A stretch of DNA of 64,000 nt, taken from the NCBI RefSeq assembly GCF_022846255.1, contig NZ_AP025682.1, one strand, 5' to 3'. The stretch comes from Escherichia coli. GTDB taxonomy: Bacteria; Pseudomonadota; Gammaproteobacteria; Enterobacterales; Enterobacteriaceae. Positions 1 to 9,739 of this stretch are shown here, piece by piece; position 1 is the first letter of the stretch, and each line of letters opens with the position of its first letter. The notes under the pieces are model-generated. The model was not told where the DNA came from, searched no databases, and worked only from the letters and a program-made list of their open reading frames with translations. A program made the position numbers and the translations under genes.

Positions 1-1
1 C

Positions 2-775
2 CGGACCAGCAACGAGCTGCGTAAACAGGGCGTTTTTATCTCCGGCAGTGGTGTCCGTTCTGCCTAGTTACGCCATAACCTTGAGAATTTCAAAAAACGT
101 CTGAAAGCACTGGAAGAAAAAGTAGCCCGTGATGGCATTGAGCTAACTGACAGCCAGATCGCAGCACTGGAGCGTAAAGCCAGTGATGACGAGGTCTGTG
201 GCGAAATCGAAACGGCTCATCCGGGATATCTGGGTTCGCAGGACACGTTCTATGTAGGCAACCTGAAAGGTGTCGGGCGTATTTATCAGCAGACGTTCGT
301 TGATACGTACTCGAAAGTGGCTCACTGTAAGCTTTACGTCATCAAAACACCGATTACCGCGGCTGACTTACCGAATGATCGTGTACTGCCGTTTTATGCG
401 TCTCAGGGCCTGCCGATGCTGAGAATACTGACCGACAGAGGCACAGAGTACTGTGGCAAAGTAGAGCAGCATGATTATCAGCTTTATCTGGCAATAAACG
501 ATATAGAACACACGAAAACAAAGGCGATGTCCCCGCAGACCAACGGCATCTGCGAGCGGTTCCATAAAACAATCCTGAACGAATTTTATCAGGTAACGTT
601 CCGTAAAAACTGTACGGCGATCTTGATACATTACAGTCGGATCTTGATGAATGACTGGCTCACTATAATAATGAGCGAACCCATCAGGGAAAAATGTGCA
701 ATGGGCGGACGCCAATGGAAACGTTACTTGATGGAAAGCGCATCTGGGCCGAGAAAAATTTAAGCCAGATGTAAT
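2..775 (+). pseudogene. Decayed DDE (rve integrase-core) transposase, IS481-like; 5' end lies outside the window
   Basis: Frame 2 translation gives an integrase-core-like sequence (…TDRGTEYCGKVEQHDYQLYLAINDIEHTKTKAMSPQTNGICERFHKTILNEFYQ…). It is broken by an in-frame TAG at 65-67, a frameshift near the A-run at ~605-612, and an in-frame TGA near 655; the C-terminus (…NNERTHQGKMCNGRTPMETLLDGKRIWAEKNLSQM*) continues in another frame to the TAA at 773-775. Confidence 0.6.
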
Positions 776-882
776 CTGACAGATACCTGTATAAATAACC
801 GGTAACTGTCAGATCAGGTCTGAGCTAATACAGCTTATTCATGCAAGGCCAGTGAACATAACTGACCTTGTTAATATATTTA

Positions 883-2673
883 TTAAGTAAATAAAAACGC
901 CTCAACCTCTTTTAAAGTCTTTTCTAAAAAACGCAAAGATTCTCTGCAATCATCATCGCTCATTTGAGCTATTTTTTTTGCTAACGGGATCTTTCGTTTT
1001 TTGGGTATAAGATACTCAATCTTAATTGAGTAGTCTTTGTCTTTTAAATTATCAGAGAGTTTCATTTCTGATTGAATTAACTCATTAACTTTTTCTGGTG
1101 TAAGCATTTCATTTAAATTAGCTCTTCTTTCAAGATTATTTTCTTCTAACTCTTCTTTCCATATTGCAATAGGATAATTGGACTCTAAAACCCCTGGTAT
1201 TTTATAACCATCTTTTTTTGCACTGAGAACATCTTGCGTTGGTTTTAATGTAAAGCATTTAACTGATTTACCAATATCTTGAATATCACCAAGTTCTTTT
1301 TTGACATTTATACCATCTTTATCTGCATCTACAATGCCAACACATTTATATTTGTTTTGATGATGTTTATGGATATGATAATAAGCTTTTAACATGTCAC
1401 AAACATAGTTTGTTCCTGCGCCAAAATCTTTTGTAATTACCTCAATGTCATTCATCCTTTCTGGTATGAAAACTTGTATCGCCCTTTCAATTATAATTTT
1501 ATCGCTGGCTCCCTCTACGTACATTACAGCTTTTTCATCACCAAGTTTACCAACGGATTCAATATTTTCTATACGAGATTTCACCTCATCAATATAGGGT
1601 GAAAGCAATTCCATAACCCCCATTCTGTCATCAAGCAGTGCATATTTATCATCACAAGAGGTTACATCAGTCAAGTCTTTCTCAATAAAAATGCAATTAA
1701 CAGATCTATCTTGTTTTGAGAGATTATAAAATGCAGGAGAATGTGTAGTTATAAATAATTGTGATACAGGATCTGGCACGAAAGTTTTAAACTGTATGGC
1801 AAGCTTGATTGATGACGTTAACTCAAGGTTATTTTCTGGCTCTTCATAGCCCCATATAAATGTATACGGTGGGTTGCCTCTTGCCTGTAGTGTTTTTGTT
1901 TTCTCAGCAATATATTTTAATATTAATGGAATGTGGCGAGCTTTGATTCCATCACCTCGTTCATTAAGAGATATTTTCATTTCATTTAGAAAGTCTAAAT
2001 TCCCAAATAAATTACTTAGATCTCTAGGAAGCGAAAGTTCAGAGTTAAAACCAAGAGATTCGTTAATCTCTTTTGTTAACTCATGAAGATTCTCAGCTAT
2101 ACTCTTCTCAAATGCTTTGCTTGAATCGCTAAAATTCTCATTGAACACAGCATTTACAACAAAATATATTTCACTCCTTAATTTTGCAATATACCCTTTA
2201 TCCTTAATTGCAGGAATATAAACATATTTTACATTATTAAGTAACTGTCTTATATTTGAACGAGCTGGAATTTCTTGCTTTTCTGTTCGTCGACCGCCTC
2301 TAGGGCCACTATATGATTTAATCCCAAGTATACTCTCATCATAAAATCCACCTGAGCGCCATGACTTCGTCCATTCAATTAAATTTCCATTTGTTGCATG
2401 ATAACTAGATGGAATATCAAGAAGTAATTTAATTTTTATCTCTCTAGCTTTTTTAGAATATTTTTTTGCCGCATAAATATTATAGTCAGTTGAAAAATCA
2501 AAAGATTCTCCTGGATTTGTTTGCGAATTAAAGAAGAGGTTTAAAGCTCTTAATATATTTGATTTACCAGCATCATTATTACCAACAATAATCTGTAGTC
2601 GCGCACTATCAATAACTATTTTCTGAATTGATCGAAAATTCGTGATTTCAATTCTTCGAATACTAACCGGCAT
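883..2673 (-). CDS. OLD-family ABC-ATPase/Toprim nuclease (class-1 OLD-like, GajA-like or fused PARIS AriAB-like), ~596 aa
   Basis: N-terminal Walker A (IVGNNDAGKSNILRALNLFF), Walker B/D-loop-like FIWGYEEPENNLE and H-loop-like QLFITTHSPAF; C-terminal Toprim-like motifs (MYVEGASDKIIIE, GIVDADKDG). Start placed at the ATG at 2673 (M37 of the track ORF 883..2781), which has a GAGG Shine-Dalgarno ~8 nt upstream. GC about 30%, well below the core genome. Confidence 0.75.
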   Translation of the reverse strand: MPVSIRRIEITNFRSIQKIVIDSARLQIIVGNNDAGKSNILRALNLFFNSQTNPGESFDFSTDYNIYAAKKYSKKAREIKIKLLLDIPSSYHATNGNLIEWTKSWRSGGFYDESILGIKSYSGPRGGRRTEKQEIPARSNIRQLLNNVKYVYIPAIKDKGYIAKLRSEIYFVVNAVFNENFSDSSKAFEKSIAENLHELTKEINESLGFNSELSLPRDLSNLFGNLDFLNEMKISLNERGDGIKARHIPLILKYIAEKTKTLQARGNPPYTFIWGYEEPENNLELTSSIKLAIQFKTFVPDPVSQLFITTHSPAFYNLSKQDRSVNCIFIEKDLTDVTSCDDKYALLDDRMGVMELLSPYIDEVKSRIENIESVGKLGDEKAVMYVEGASDKIIIERAIQVFIPERMNDIEVITKDFGAGTNYVCDMLKAYYHIHKHHQNKYKCVGIVDADKDGINVKKELGDIQDIGKSVKCFTLKPTQDVLSAKKDGYKIPGVLESNYPIAIWKEELEENNLERRANLNEMLTPEKVNELIQSEMKLSDNLKDKDYSIKIEYLIPKKRKIPLAKKIAQMSDDDCRESLRFLEKTLKEVEAFLFT

Positions 2674-2807
2674 AAAAACCTCATCGTAACGCCTGTTTAT
2701 ATTTATAGCTGATAAAATAACACAACCACAATGAAAGTGAATAGTGAATTGCCACAAGTTTAACAAACACCTCAAGATCATTTAAAATGACTTAAAGAGA
2801 GGCTCCC

Positions 2808-3125
2808 ATGAGCAGTAAGCGTTAACTCGCAGAGTTTAAAATTAAAGCAGTCAAACAGATTGTTGAACATGGTTATTCTGTTTCCCTGCGTTGCAACACA
2901 TCTGTGTAAGTTCACTCTTTAGTGTACAAGCCATGAGCGTCAGTCGTTCCTGAAATAACACGACCATCGCGGTAACTGCCACTATAATGCGGTTACAGAA
3001 AGCTTTTTCCAGTTACTGAAGTCTGAACGGATAAAGAAAAAATCTTCAGCCCCCTGATCTCATCGTGTTATTCACAACAATCCACTCCTGAAATGGCCGT
3101 GAATACAATTTATCAAGGCTAGTGG
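2808..3125 (+). mobile_element. IS3-family transposase orfA remnant with multiple stops
   Basis: Translation MSSKR*LAEFKIKAVKQIVEHGYSVSLRCNTSV* resembles the HTH N-terminus of IS3-family OrfA proteins but is interrupted by stops; no ORF of 60 aa or more survives. Confidence 0.35.
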
Positions 3126-3257
3126 TCACTTTTCCTATTATGATTAGTGAAAACATAAAGTGCGGAAACGAATGAAAATGCACTGTATTATTTAAAGACA
3201 TCATCCAACGCCCTTACCGTGGTATACACTCAGGCACCAGATGCTGTTTTACAGGGT

Positions 3258-3989
3258 TCACCTGCCATCCAGAAGACGCCCCGGCCCACGACTGCAACCA
3301 TAATTACGTTGCCCGGAACCGTCATGCTGCTTCGTCTCATACTTCACGAGATAACTGGCTCTGTTCTGGGCTTTCTGCATCGCTTCCACATCACCACGCT
3401 TGATCCAGAGAACAGCGGCTTCACCCGGCTTTTTGTCTGAAGCCTTCCTGGTTTCAGAACATCCACCCGACAAAGGCGTATCATCGGAAGAAGGGCGAGC
3501 ATCAGATGATGTCGGTTTACGGAAAGGCGTCCGCCTGGAAAAATGAACCAGTCCATTACCCTGCCAGGGCTCAAGATGCAGAGCGCTACACCATGCCAGT
3601 TGTATCAGCGTCGCCAGCGAAGAAGGAACGGTGAAATCCCCTGGCGAGCACCAGGTATCTTTGTTGAGCAGTAATATCACGTGATAATGTTTCCTGCCTT
3701 TTTCCTTGCCAAACTCCCGACACCAGAAATAACGCAGAGTGGTTGCACGCACACGCTTGTTGGCACGTCGTTTATGTCGCTGGTAAGCCTGAATTTTTGC
3801 TTTCAGGGATGCAAAAAAACGAGAAATCACCGCTGAATCTAAATCGGTATCCATGATGGTGGCAGGCATATACTCAGGGAAACGTAAATCCACCCGGATT
3901 AACGAGACGGCACGGTGTTGCGCCAGGGCACTGTTGAGAATACTTTCAAAACGGGATAACCAGTAAGCATTGTGTATTGGTTGATTCAT
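3258..3989 (-). CDS. YagK/YfjJ-family (inovirus Gp2-like) prophage protein
   Basis: 243-aa ORF whose N-terminal half (MNQPIHNAYWLSRFESILNSALAQHRAVSLIRVDLRFPEYMP…RYFWCREFGKEKGRKHYHVILLLNKDTW…) resembles YagK/YfjJ proteins of CP4-type cryptic prophages; GGAG Shine-Dalgarno ~9 nt upstream of the ATG at 3989. The Arg/Ser/Gly-rich C-terminal tail may be read-through. Confidence 0.6.
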   Translation of the reverse strand: MNQPIHNAYWLSRFESILNSALAQHRAVSLIRVDLRFPEYMPATIMDTDLDSAVISRFFASLKAKIQAYQRHKRRANKRVRATTLRYFWCREFGKEKGRKHYHVILLLNKDTWCSPGDFTVPSSLATLIQLAWCSALHLEPWQGNGLVHFSRRTPFRKPTSSDARPSSDDTPLSGGCSETRKASDKKPGEAAVLWIKRGDVEAMQKAQNRASYLVKYETKQHDGSGQRNYGCSRGPGRLLDGR

Positions 3990-5503
3990 GATGAGAGATC
4001 TCCGTTGATTTGGATTGACTTCACATCATTAATCACCGCGGTAAAACTTTACGGCATCCGGCATTGAGCAATGCTACAACTCTCTGATTAAGAGTGATTG
4101 AAACGGAACAAACCATCCCGGAACGAAAAGATAATTCTACACGCAGGGTAAAAACACTCAAGAACAGCGAATGGATTTAAAAACGACATGGACAACGAGA
4201 AAAGTCAGAAGGGAAAAGGATCCACAGAACATTCGAACAAAACACCAGAAACGCAACCAGAACGCTTCCTGGTAATGCAAATCAACAACAACCCCAAAAC
4301 CTACAGCTTAATCACACAACTCAATCACGGATGCGAATGACACGTTTAAAACCTGTTTACAGATAAACCCCGCCACAAGAACAAAAATCACCAACATCAG
4401 AATCGATTTTCTCATCCTGAAAAAGTTACGTTTCACTACGCACCATAAAAACGATTAACCATCGATAACGTAAACCTTATCTGAATCAAAAACACCAAAA
4501 CCGTTCATCACACTTTCGCAATGCAAGAAGAAACCTCATGACAAAAAGAATGACCTTACACGGAAAAGAAAACGTCAGGAATCGTTAATGCCTCAATCTG
4601 ATTGTTATCAAAACATCCAGAAAGTCGTTTAACAGAATCGTCGTAAGCACATCGAAAAAAACGTCAGATTACTTCAGGAAAGTTCGGGTTGATTTAGCGT
4701 AAAGATACTTTTCTCATGCTAACGTCGAAACTCGAAATCTCAGGAAAGGTTAAACGTAACATCAGTAAAATCGAATAGCAGATTGATTGCTGAAGCAGAA
4801 AGGTTTTACAGCAGCATTAAACTGATTTAGTTAACGTAAAGATTTACTAAACTGGATGTGTATAGCAATGCTTAACGAAAACACTTGTAGAAGTGTTTAT
4901 GAAAATACGTGTATAAGACTTACTGAAATGCTTAGTAAAAATACTTAGTAAAATACGTGTATATAGTATCATACCGACATTAGCAACATTCTCAGACACT
5001 CATGCAGACTGAATGTTGATTACCCGTTTTCACATCAGGCATGGTTCTTTACTGACCAAAAAACAAACTGGTTTACTCTTGAATTATTTTCTCTACCTCA
5101 GAAAACATGGTCTCAGGAATCTGCTATGGTTTCATAGTTTCTGTTGTTCCTTTCATAAAAGTTATAAGTCATTGTCATAATCATACGATAATCACTTTAT
5201 GTTAGTTTTTACTGTCACACGCTACTGACTTTTTCAGTCATTGCCAGAAAGGGGCTCTTTTTACTTCCATTTCACCACTCAACAAATGCAAAACTTGTCC
5301 AGTAAAGCGGACCACCTCTTGCTCACAAGCAACGAATCATCTCCAGGAACAGCCCTCAAACATTGCAGAAACAAAAACAACAAAACCCTCATTATCACTG
5401 ATGTTCGGAAAATTTCCCGGAACAAAAAAAACGAAATCAAAATGAGACTCATTATCATGGATGTAGTCAAAAAGACGTTATGGTGGCTTTCAGTTAAATG
5501 GTA
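3990..5503. other. ORF-free, strongly A-rich / T-poor tract (+ strand) with short direct and inverted repeats
   Basis: No credible ORF of 60 aa or more in any frame over ~1.5 kb; extreme A-over-T skew on the + strand; imperfect tandem units around 4860-4975 (repeated aatacgtgtata and gcttaNNNaaaa motifs) and an inverted repeat aacacttgtagaagtgtt. Confidence 0.4.
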
Positions 5504-6634
5504 CTATTTCTCATAAATCCACTTAACTTTTTTTACTGATTCATCCCAGATAACCACTTTATCAGTAAAAAATGAATTATATAGATTGACGAGTTTTTCT
5601 GTTTCAGTTATTCCCAATGTATTATGTATCAGTTGTAGATATGCTTTTATCCAGATTTCTTTACCCTCCCTCCACTTATCTATAAAACTTTCCAGCTTAC
5701 TTAATCGTTGATTTATAAAAAACGAATCAATATCATGAAAAAGCTCAACAAGAAAACAGCACGAGACAATCTCAACAAAAAACAAATTCTCCTTAAAAGT
5801 ATTATAAAACCTTATCAACACATAACGAAAAACACCTCCTGTTAATCTTTCCTGTTCATAAAACAACAAACCAAAAACAGGAGGAAATCTTTTAACCACA
5901 CCACTTTTAATCCAGTAAGGATGATGATTAGTCTTTACTGGCAGTGAATAAAAGAACAATTCGGTTTCTCTTTTCCCACCACAAACAGACAAAACTGTCT
6001 TATAAAGACTTTTTGAATCATTATGTCCTGATACCCCAGACGAATTAGCAGAGTATTTTCTTTTTACTTTTTGCCTTAATGGAGCTGGAAGAATAATAAA
6101 ACGGGATGGCAGATAACAATCGCTTTCAGAAGACCGGCATTCGCACACATGAAGATTTATATTTACATCCGGACAATTCAAAAACCACACAGAATAATTA
6201 TCGCACCGTTTGCAATATGAAACCCATGAATAAATTGCATAAAGTTCAGAAAGCGCATCTAACTCTGCTTTTGAATTAAATGTGATACCGTTTCTTCGAA
6301 TTCTCGTTTCCAGCGTTCTCCATGCCGGGGTTTTCAGTATCTCACGAACTTTTTTATTAAGTTCAGCCAGAGATGGTCCCTGCTCCTGTTTATGTTTCGT
6401 CCTGCTGTTAATGATTTCTCTTTCTTTTACTAATTTCCTCTTTCTTTTTGGTCCTTCTACCTTTCTTGGCAATGCTTCATTTAATCTGTGAACAGGATTT
6501 TGCTCTCTTCTTTTTTTGAGCTCACAAAACCTCTCATAATGTTTTCTGCACAGTCTTTTCTCCACTGCCATTTTTACTGAGAAAACCTGATTGTTACAAT
6601 TTTTTCTGACACATTTGTTTTTACGTCCGGTCAT
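5504..6634 (-). CDS. Hypothetical protein, 376 aa, basic Cys-rich N-terminus (possible zinc-binding/nucleic-acid-binding); function unknown
   Basis: Long ORF at about 35% GC. N-terminus MTGRKNKCVRKNCNN…CRKHYERFCELKKRR and a second Cys cluster YCKRCDNYSVWFLNCPDVNINLHVCECRSSESDC. No family recognised by eye. Confidence 0.6.
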   Translation of the reverse strand: MTGRKNKCVRKNCNNQVFSVKMAVEKRLCRKHYERFCELKKRREQNPVHRLNEALPRKVEGPKRKRKLVKEREIINSRTKHKQEQGPSLAELNKKVREILKTPAWRTLETRIRRNGITFNSKAELDALSELYAIYSWVSYCKRCDNYSVWFLNCPDVNINLHVCECRSSESDCYLPSRFIILPAPLRQKVKRKYSANSSGVSGHNDSKSLYKTVLSVCGGKRETELFFYSLPVKTNHHPYWIKSGVVKRFPPVFGLLFYEQERLTGGVFRYVLIRFYNTFKENLFFVEIVSCCFLVELFHDIDSFFINQRLSKLESFIDKWREGKEIWIKAYLQLIHNTLGITETEKLVNLYNSFFTDKVVIWDESVKKVKWIYEK

Positions 6635-6818
6635 CCTCTCATCTCCTGAAACAGCAGTATGTCATTAGTTCCCGTTCTGAAAAACTGACGCCATACTCCA
6701 TTACACTTTAACAATAATGTCCGTAATTCAGACATTCCATCATTTTTCACGCCCATATTACCTGAATGATAAACCGGATTAGTGTGATCCGGTTCAGTGA
6801 AATCAACAGGATACCGGT

Positions 6819-7703
6819 ATGTCATTCAGCCATTCTTCCCTCTCCGCACAAGTGAAATCATATCTGACGTTTCTTCCTGAAGAAATTCGTCAGAAAATTC
6901 TTGAACATCTCCACAGCGTTATTCATTACGAACCCGTGATTGGCATTATGGGTAAATCCGGCACCGGCAAAAGTAGCCTGTGTAATGCTATTTTTCAGTC
7001 CCATATCTGTGCCACGCATCCCCTGAACGGCTGCACCCGCCAGGCTCATCGTCTTACCCTGCAGATCGGTGAACGCAGAATGACGCTGGTCGATCTGCCC
7101 GGCATTGGAGAGACGCCGCAACATGATCAGGAATACCGGGCGCTTTACCGTCAGTTACTGCCGGAAGTGGATTTGATTATCTGGATCCTGCGGGCAGATG
7201 AACGCGCATATGCCGCCGACATTACCATGCATCAGTTTTTACTGAATGAAGGCGCAGATCCCTCGCGTTTTCTGTTTGTTCTCAGCCATGCCGATCGCGT
7301 GTTTCCTGCTGAAGAATGGAATGCCACAGAAAAATGCCCGTCCCGTCAGCAGGCGCTCTCACTGGCGACGGTGACAGCCCGGGTGGCAACCCTGTTCCCT
7401 TCATCATTTCCGGTACTCTCCGTTGCTGCACCTGTCGGCTGGAACCTTCCGGCGTTTGTGTCGCTGATGATCCACGCACTGCCACCACAGGCAACCAGCG
7501 CGGTGTATTCACATATCCGGGGAGAAAACCGCTCTGAACAGGCCCAGAAACACGCACAACAGACTTTTGGTGAAACCATCGGGAAAAGTTTTGACGTCGC
7601 CGTTGCCCGTTTCAGTTTTCCGGCCTGGATGTTACAGCTTCTGCGTAAAGCCCGGGACCGCATTATCCACCTGCTGATCACACTGTGGGAGCGTCTGTTC
7701 TGA
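6819..7703 (+). CDS. YfjP/YkfA/YeeP-family GTPase (CP4-type prophage)
   Basis: P-loop GIMGKSGTGKSSLCNAIF and G3-like DLPGIGE motifs; 294 aa. Confidence 0.8.
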   Translation: MSFSHSSLSAQVKSYLTFLPEEIRQKILEHLHSVIHYEPVIGIMGKSGTGKSSLCNAIFQSHICATHPLNGCTRQAHRLTLQIGERRMTLVDLPGIGETPQHDQEYRALYRQLLPEVDLIIWILRADERAYAADITMHQFLLNEGADPSRFLFVLSHADRVFPAEEWNATEKCPSRQQALSLATVTARVATLFPSSFPVLSVAAPVGWNLPAFVSLMIHALPPQATSAVYSHIRGENRSEQAQKHAQQTFGETIGKSFDVAVARFSFPAWMLQLLRKARDRIIHLLITLWERLF

Positions 7704-7905
7704 CACACTCACGCCGACAGGATGTGTCGCTGGATTAACGAGCATTCTTCTTTTTATGAAATCATGCTTAAAAATCAGATAATTAAAAGAATATTTTTTC
7801 TGCTGCATTTTATTCCTGATTATCCGGATGCGACACATCCTTTCAACATCATGATGCATAATAACATCATGAAATAAAAGATGTTTTCTTACGGAGTGCA
7901 CATCT

Positions 7906-8586
7906 ATGTCTGATAATCGTTCCCGGCATGATCGCCTGGCGGTTCGCTTATCACTCATTATCAGCCGACTGATGGCCGGAGAATCTCTGTCACTAAAAAC
8001 ACTGTCAGATGAATTTGGCGTTACAGAACGTACTTTACAGCGCGATTTTCATCAGCGTCTGGTTCACCTGGATTTAGAGTACAGAAATGGCAGGTACAGC
8101 CTCAGACGACAGAGCAGCCCAGGTGCGATCCCTGAAATGCTTTCTTTTATACAGAATACCGGGATCGCACGGATACTTCCGCTCCGGAACGGACGACTGA
8201 TAACCTGTCTTACCGACAACCAGGAGCCCTCTCCCTGCCTTATCTGGCTACCGGCGCCGGATATCACTGCAACGTTCCCCGAGTGTTTCTCGCAACTCAT
8301 CCTGGCAATAAGACAGTGTATCCACATCTCTCTGATGACTGAGCGATGGTATCCGTCACTGGAGCCCTGCCGGCTCATTTATTACAGCGGTAGCTGGTAT
8401 CTGATCGCGTTACAGAAGGGAAAACTGCAGGTCTTTCCTCTGGCAGATATCAAATCAGTCAGCCTGACATCAGAACGGTTTGAACGGAGAGGCCACATCC
8501 ACAGTCTGGTCGCTGAAGAGCGTTTTATCTCCGCCCTGCCACATTTCTCTTTCATCCATAAACTTATCAACACCTTTAACCTGTGA
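7906..8586 (+). CDS. YfjR-like transcriptional regulator (HTH + WYL-like domain)
   Basis: 226-aa ORF with an N-terminal HTH-like segment (LKTLSDEFGVTERTLQRDFHQ); sits in the conserved position after the GTPase gene. Confidence 0.65.
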   Translation: MSDNRSRHDRLAVRLSLIISRLMAGESLSLKTLSDEFGVTERTLQRDFHQRLVHLDLEYRNGRYSLRRQSSPGAIPEMLSFIQNTGIARILPLRNGRLITCLTDNQEPSPCLIWLPAPDITATFPECFSQLILAIRQCIHISLMTERWYPSLEPCRLIYYSGSWYLIALQKGKLQVFPLADIKSVSLTSERFERRGHIHSLVAEERFISALPHFSFIHKLINTFNL

Positions 8587-8733
8587 TCGCCGGCCTGCCA
8601 AAGCCGTCCCGACAGGTATGGAGACAATATGTTGAACAGAAAACTAAATATACGGCTACGTCATTCCCTGAACAGTCACTGCATACCTTCCGTCATTATC
8701 AATAACACCGTACGTTCATTTCAGAGGTCAGTC

Positions 8734-9411
8734 ATGAATACCAGAGCTCTTTTTCCCCTGCTGTTCACTGTGGCATCATTCTCCGCCTCCGCCGGCAACT
8801 GGGCTGTCAAAAACGGCTGGTGTCAGACCATGACGGAAGATGGTCAGGCGCTGGTAATGCTGAAAAATGGCACGATTGGTATTACCGGCCTGATGCAGGG
8901 ATGCCCGAATGGCGTACAGACGCTCCTGGGCAGCCGTATCAGTATTAACGGTAACCTGATCCCCACATCACAAATGTGTAATCAGCAGACGGGATTCAGG
9001 GCTGTTGAGGTGGAAATCGGACAGGCGCCGGAAATGGTCAAAAAAGCCGTTCACTCCATAGCAGAGCGTGATGTGTCCGTTTTACAGGCATTTGGTGTAC
9101 GAATGGAATTCACCCGCGGTGATATGCTGAAGGTCTGTCCGAAATTTGTCACATCACTTGCCGGTTTTTCCCCGAAACAGACGACCACTATTAATAAAGA
9201 TTCCGTCCTGCAGGCTGCCCGGCAGGCATACGCCCGGGAATATGACGAGGAAACAACAGAAACCGCTGATTTTGGCTCTTACGAAGTAAAAGGCAATAAG
9301 GTTGAGTTTGAAGTATTCAATCCTGAAGACCGTGCGTACGACAAAGTGACCGTCACGGTTGGTGCTGACGGTAATGCCACCGGCGCCAGCGTTGAATTTA
9401 TCGGAAAATAG
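8734..9411 (+). CDS. Secreted/periplasmic hypothetical protein with signal peptide
   Basis: Start placed at M36 of the track [24 protein letters not shown], a signal-peptide-like N-terminus. Confidence 0.6.
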   Translation: MNTRALFPLLFTVASFSASAGNWAVKNGWCQTMTEDGQALVMLKNGTIGITGLMQGCPNGVQTLLGSRISINGNLIPTSQMCNQQTGFRAVEVEIGQAPEMVKKAVHSIAERDVSVLQAFGVRMEFTRGDMLKVCPKFVTSLAGFSPKQTTTINKDSVLQAARQAYAREYDEETTETADFGSYEVKGNKVEFEVFNPEDRAYDKVTVTVGADGNATGASVEFIGK

Positions 9412-9416
9412 CCGGT

Positions 9417-9650
9417 ATGTCGGACTGCCACCCTGTTTTATTGCCCGAAGGCCCTTTCTCACGCGAACAGGCGGTTGCCGTCACAACAGCTTACCGCAAT
9501 GTGCTTATTGAAGATGACCAGGGAACGCATTTCCGGCTGGTTATCCGCAATGCCGAAGGGCAGCTACGCTGGCGGTGCTGGAATTTTGAACCTGATGCCG
9601 GAAAACAGCTAAATTCGTATCTCGCCAGTGAGGGAATTCTCAGGCAATAA
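9417..9650 (+). CDS. Small conserved prophage protein (DUF905-like)
   Basis: 77-aa ORF tightly packed between neighbours on the same strand. Confidence 0.5.
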   Translation: MSDCHPVLLPEGPFSREQAVAVTTAYRNVLIEDDQGTHFRLVIRNAEGQLRWRCWNFEPDAGKQLNSYLASEGILRQ

Positions 9651-9739
9651 ACGTCTTCATTTCATCCATCAGGCCGCGTCTTCTCCGGGAGACGCGGCCT
9701 TTTCGTTTATACCGCTAATTCATTCATAAGGAGCAAAGT

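Noticed and set aside
2674-2781. 36-codon N-terminal extension of the OLD-family ORF in the track
   Set aside because: The extension (MILRCLLNLWQFTIHFHCGCVILSAININRRYDEVF) lacks a ribosome-binding site, whereas the ATG at 2673 has a GAGG Shine-Dalgarno and begins the conserved ATPase N-terminus.
5241-5516. 91-aa plus-strand ORF and overlapping 63-aa minus-strand ORF inside the A-rich tract
   Set aside because: Low-complexity translations, no ribosome-binding site, and they lie in a compositionally skewed region where chance ORFs are expected.
6631-6825. 64-aa minus-strand ORF just upstream of the 376-aa gene
   Set aside because: Its start collides with the GTPase start codon on the opposite strand; only a shorter internal-start version of 34-41 aa would be compatible. 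Kept as an uncertain possible partner rather than annotated.
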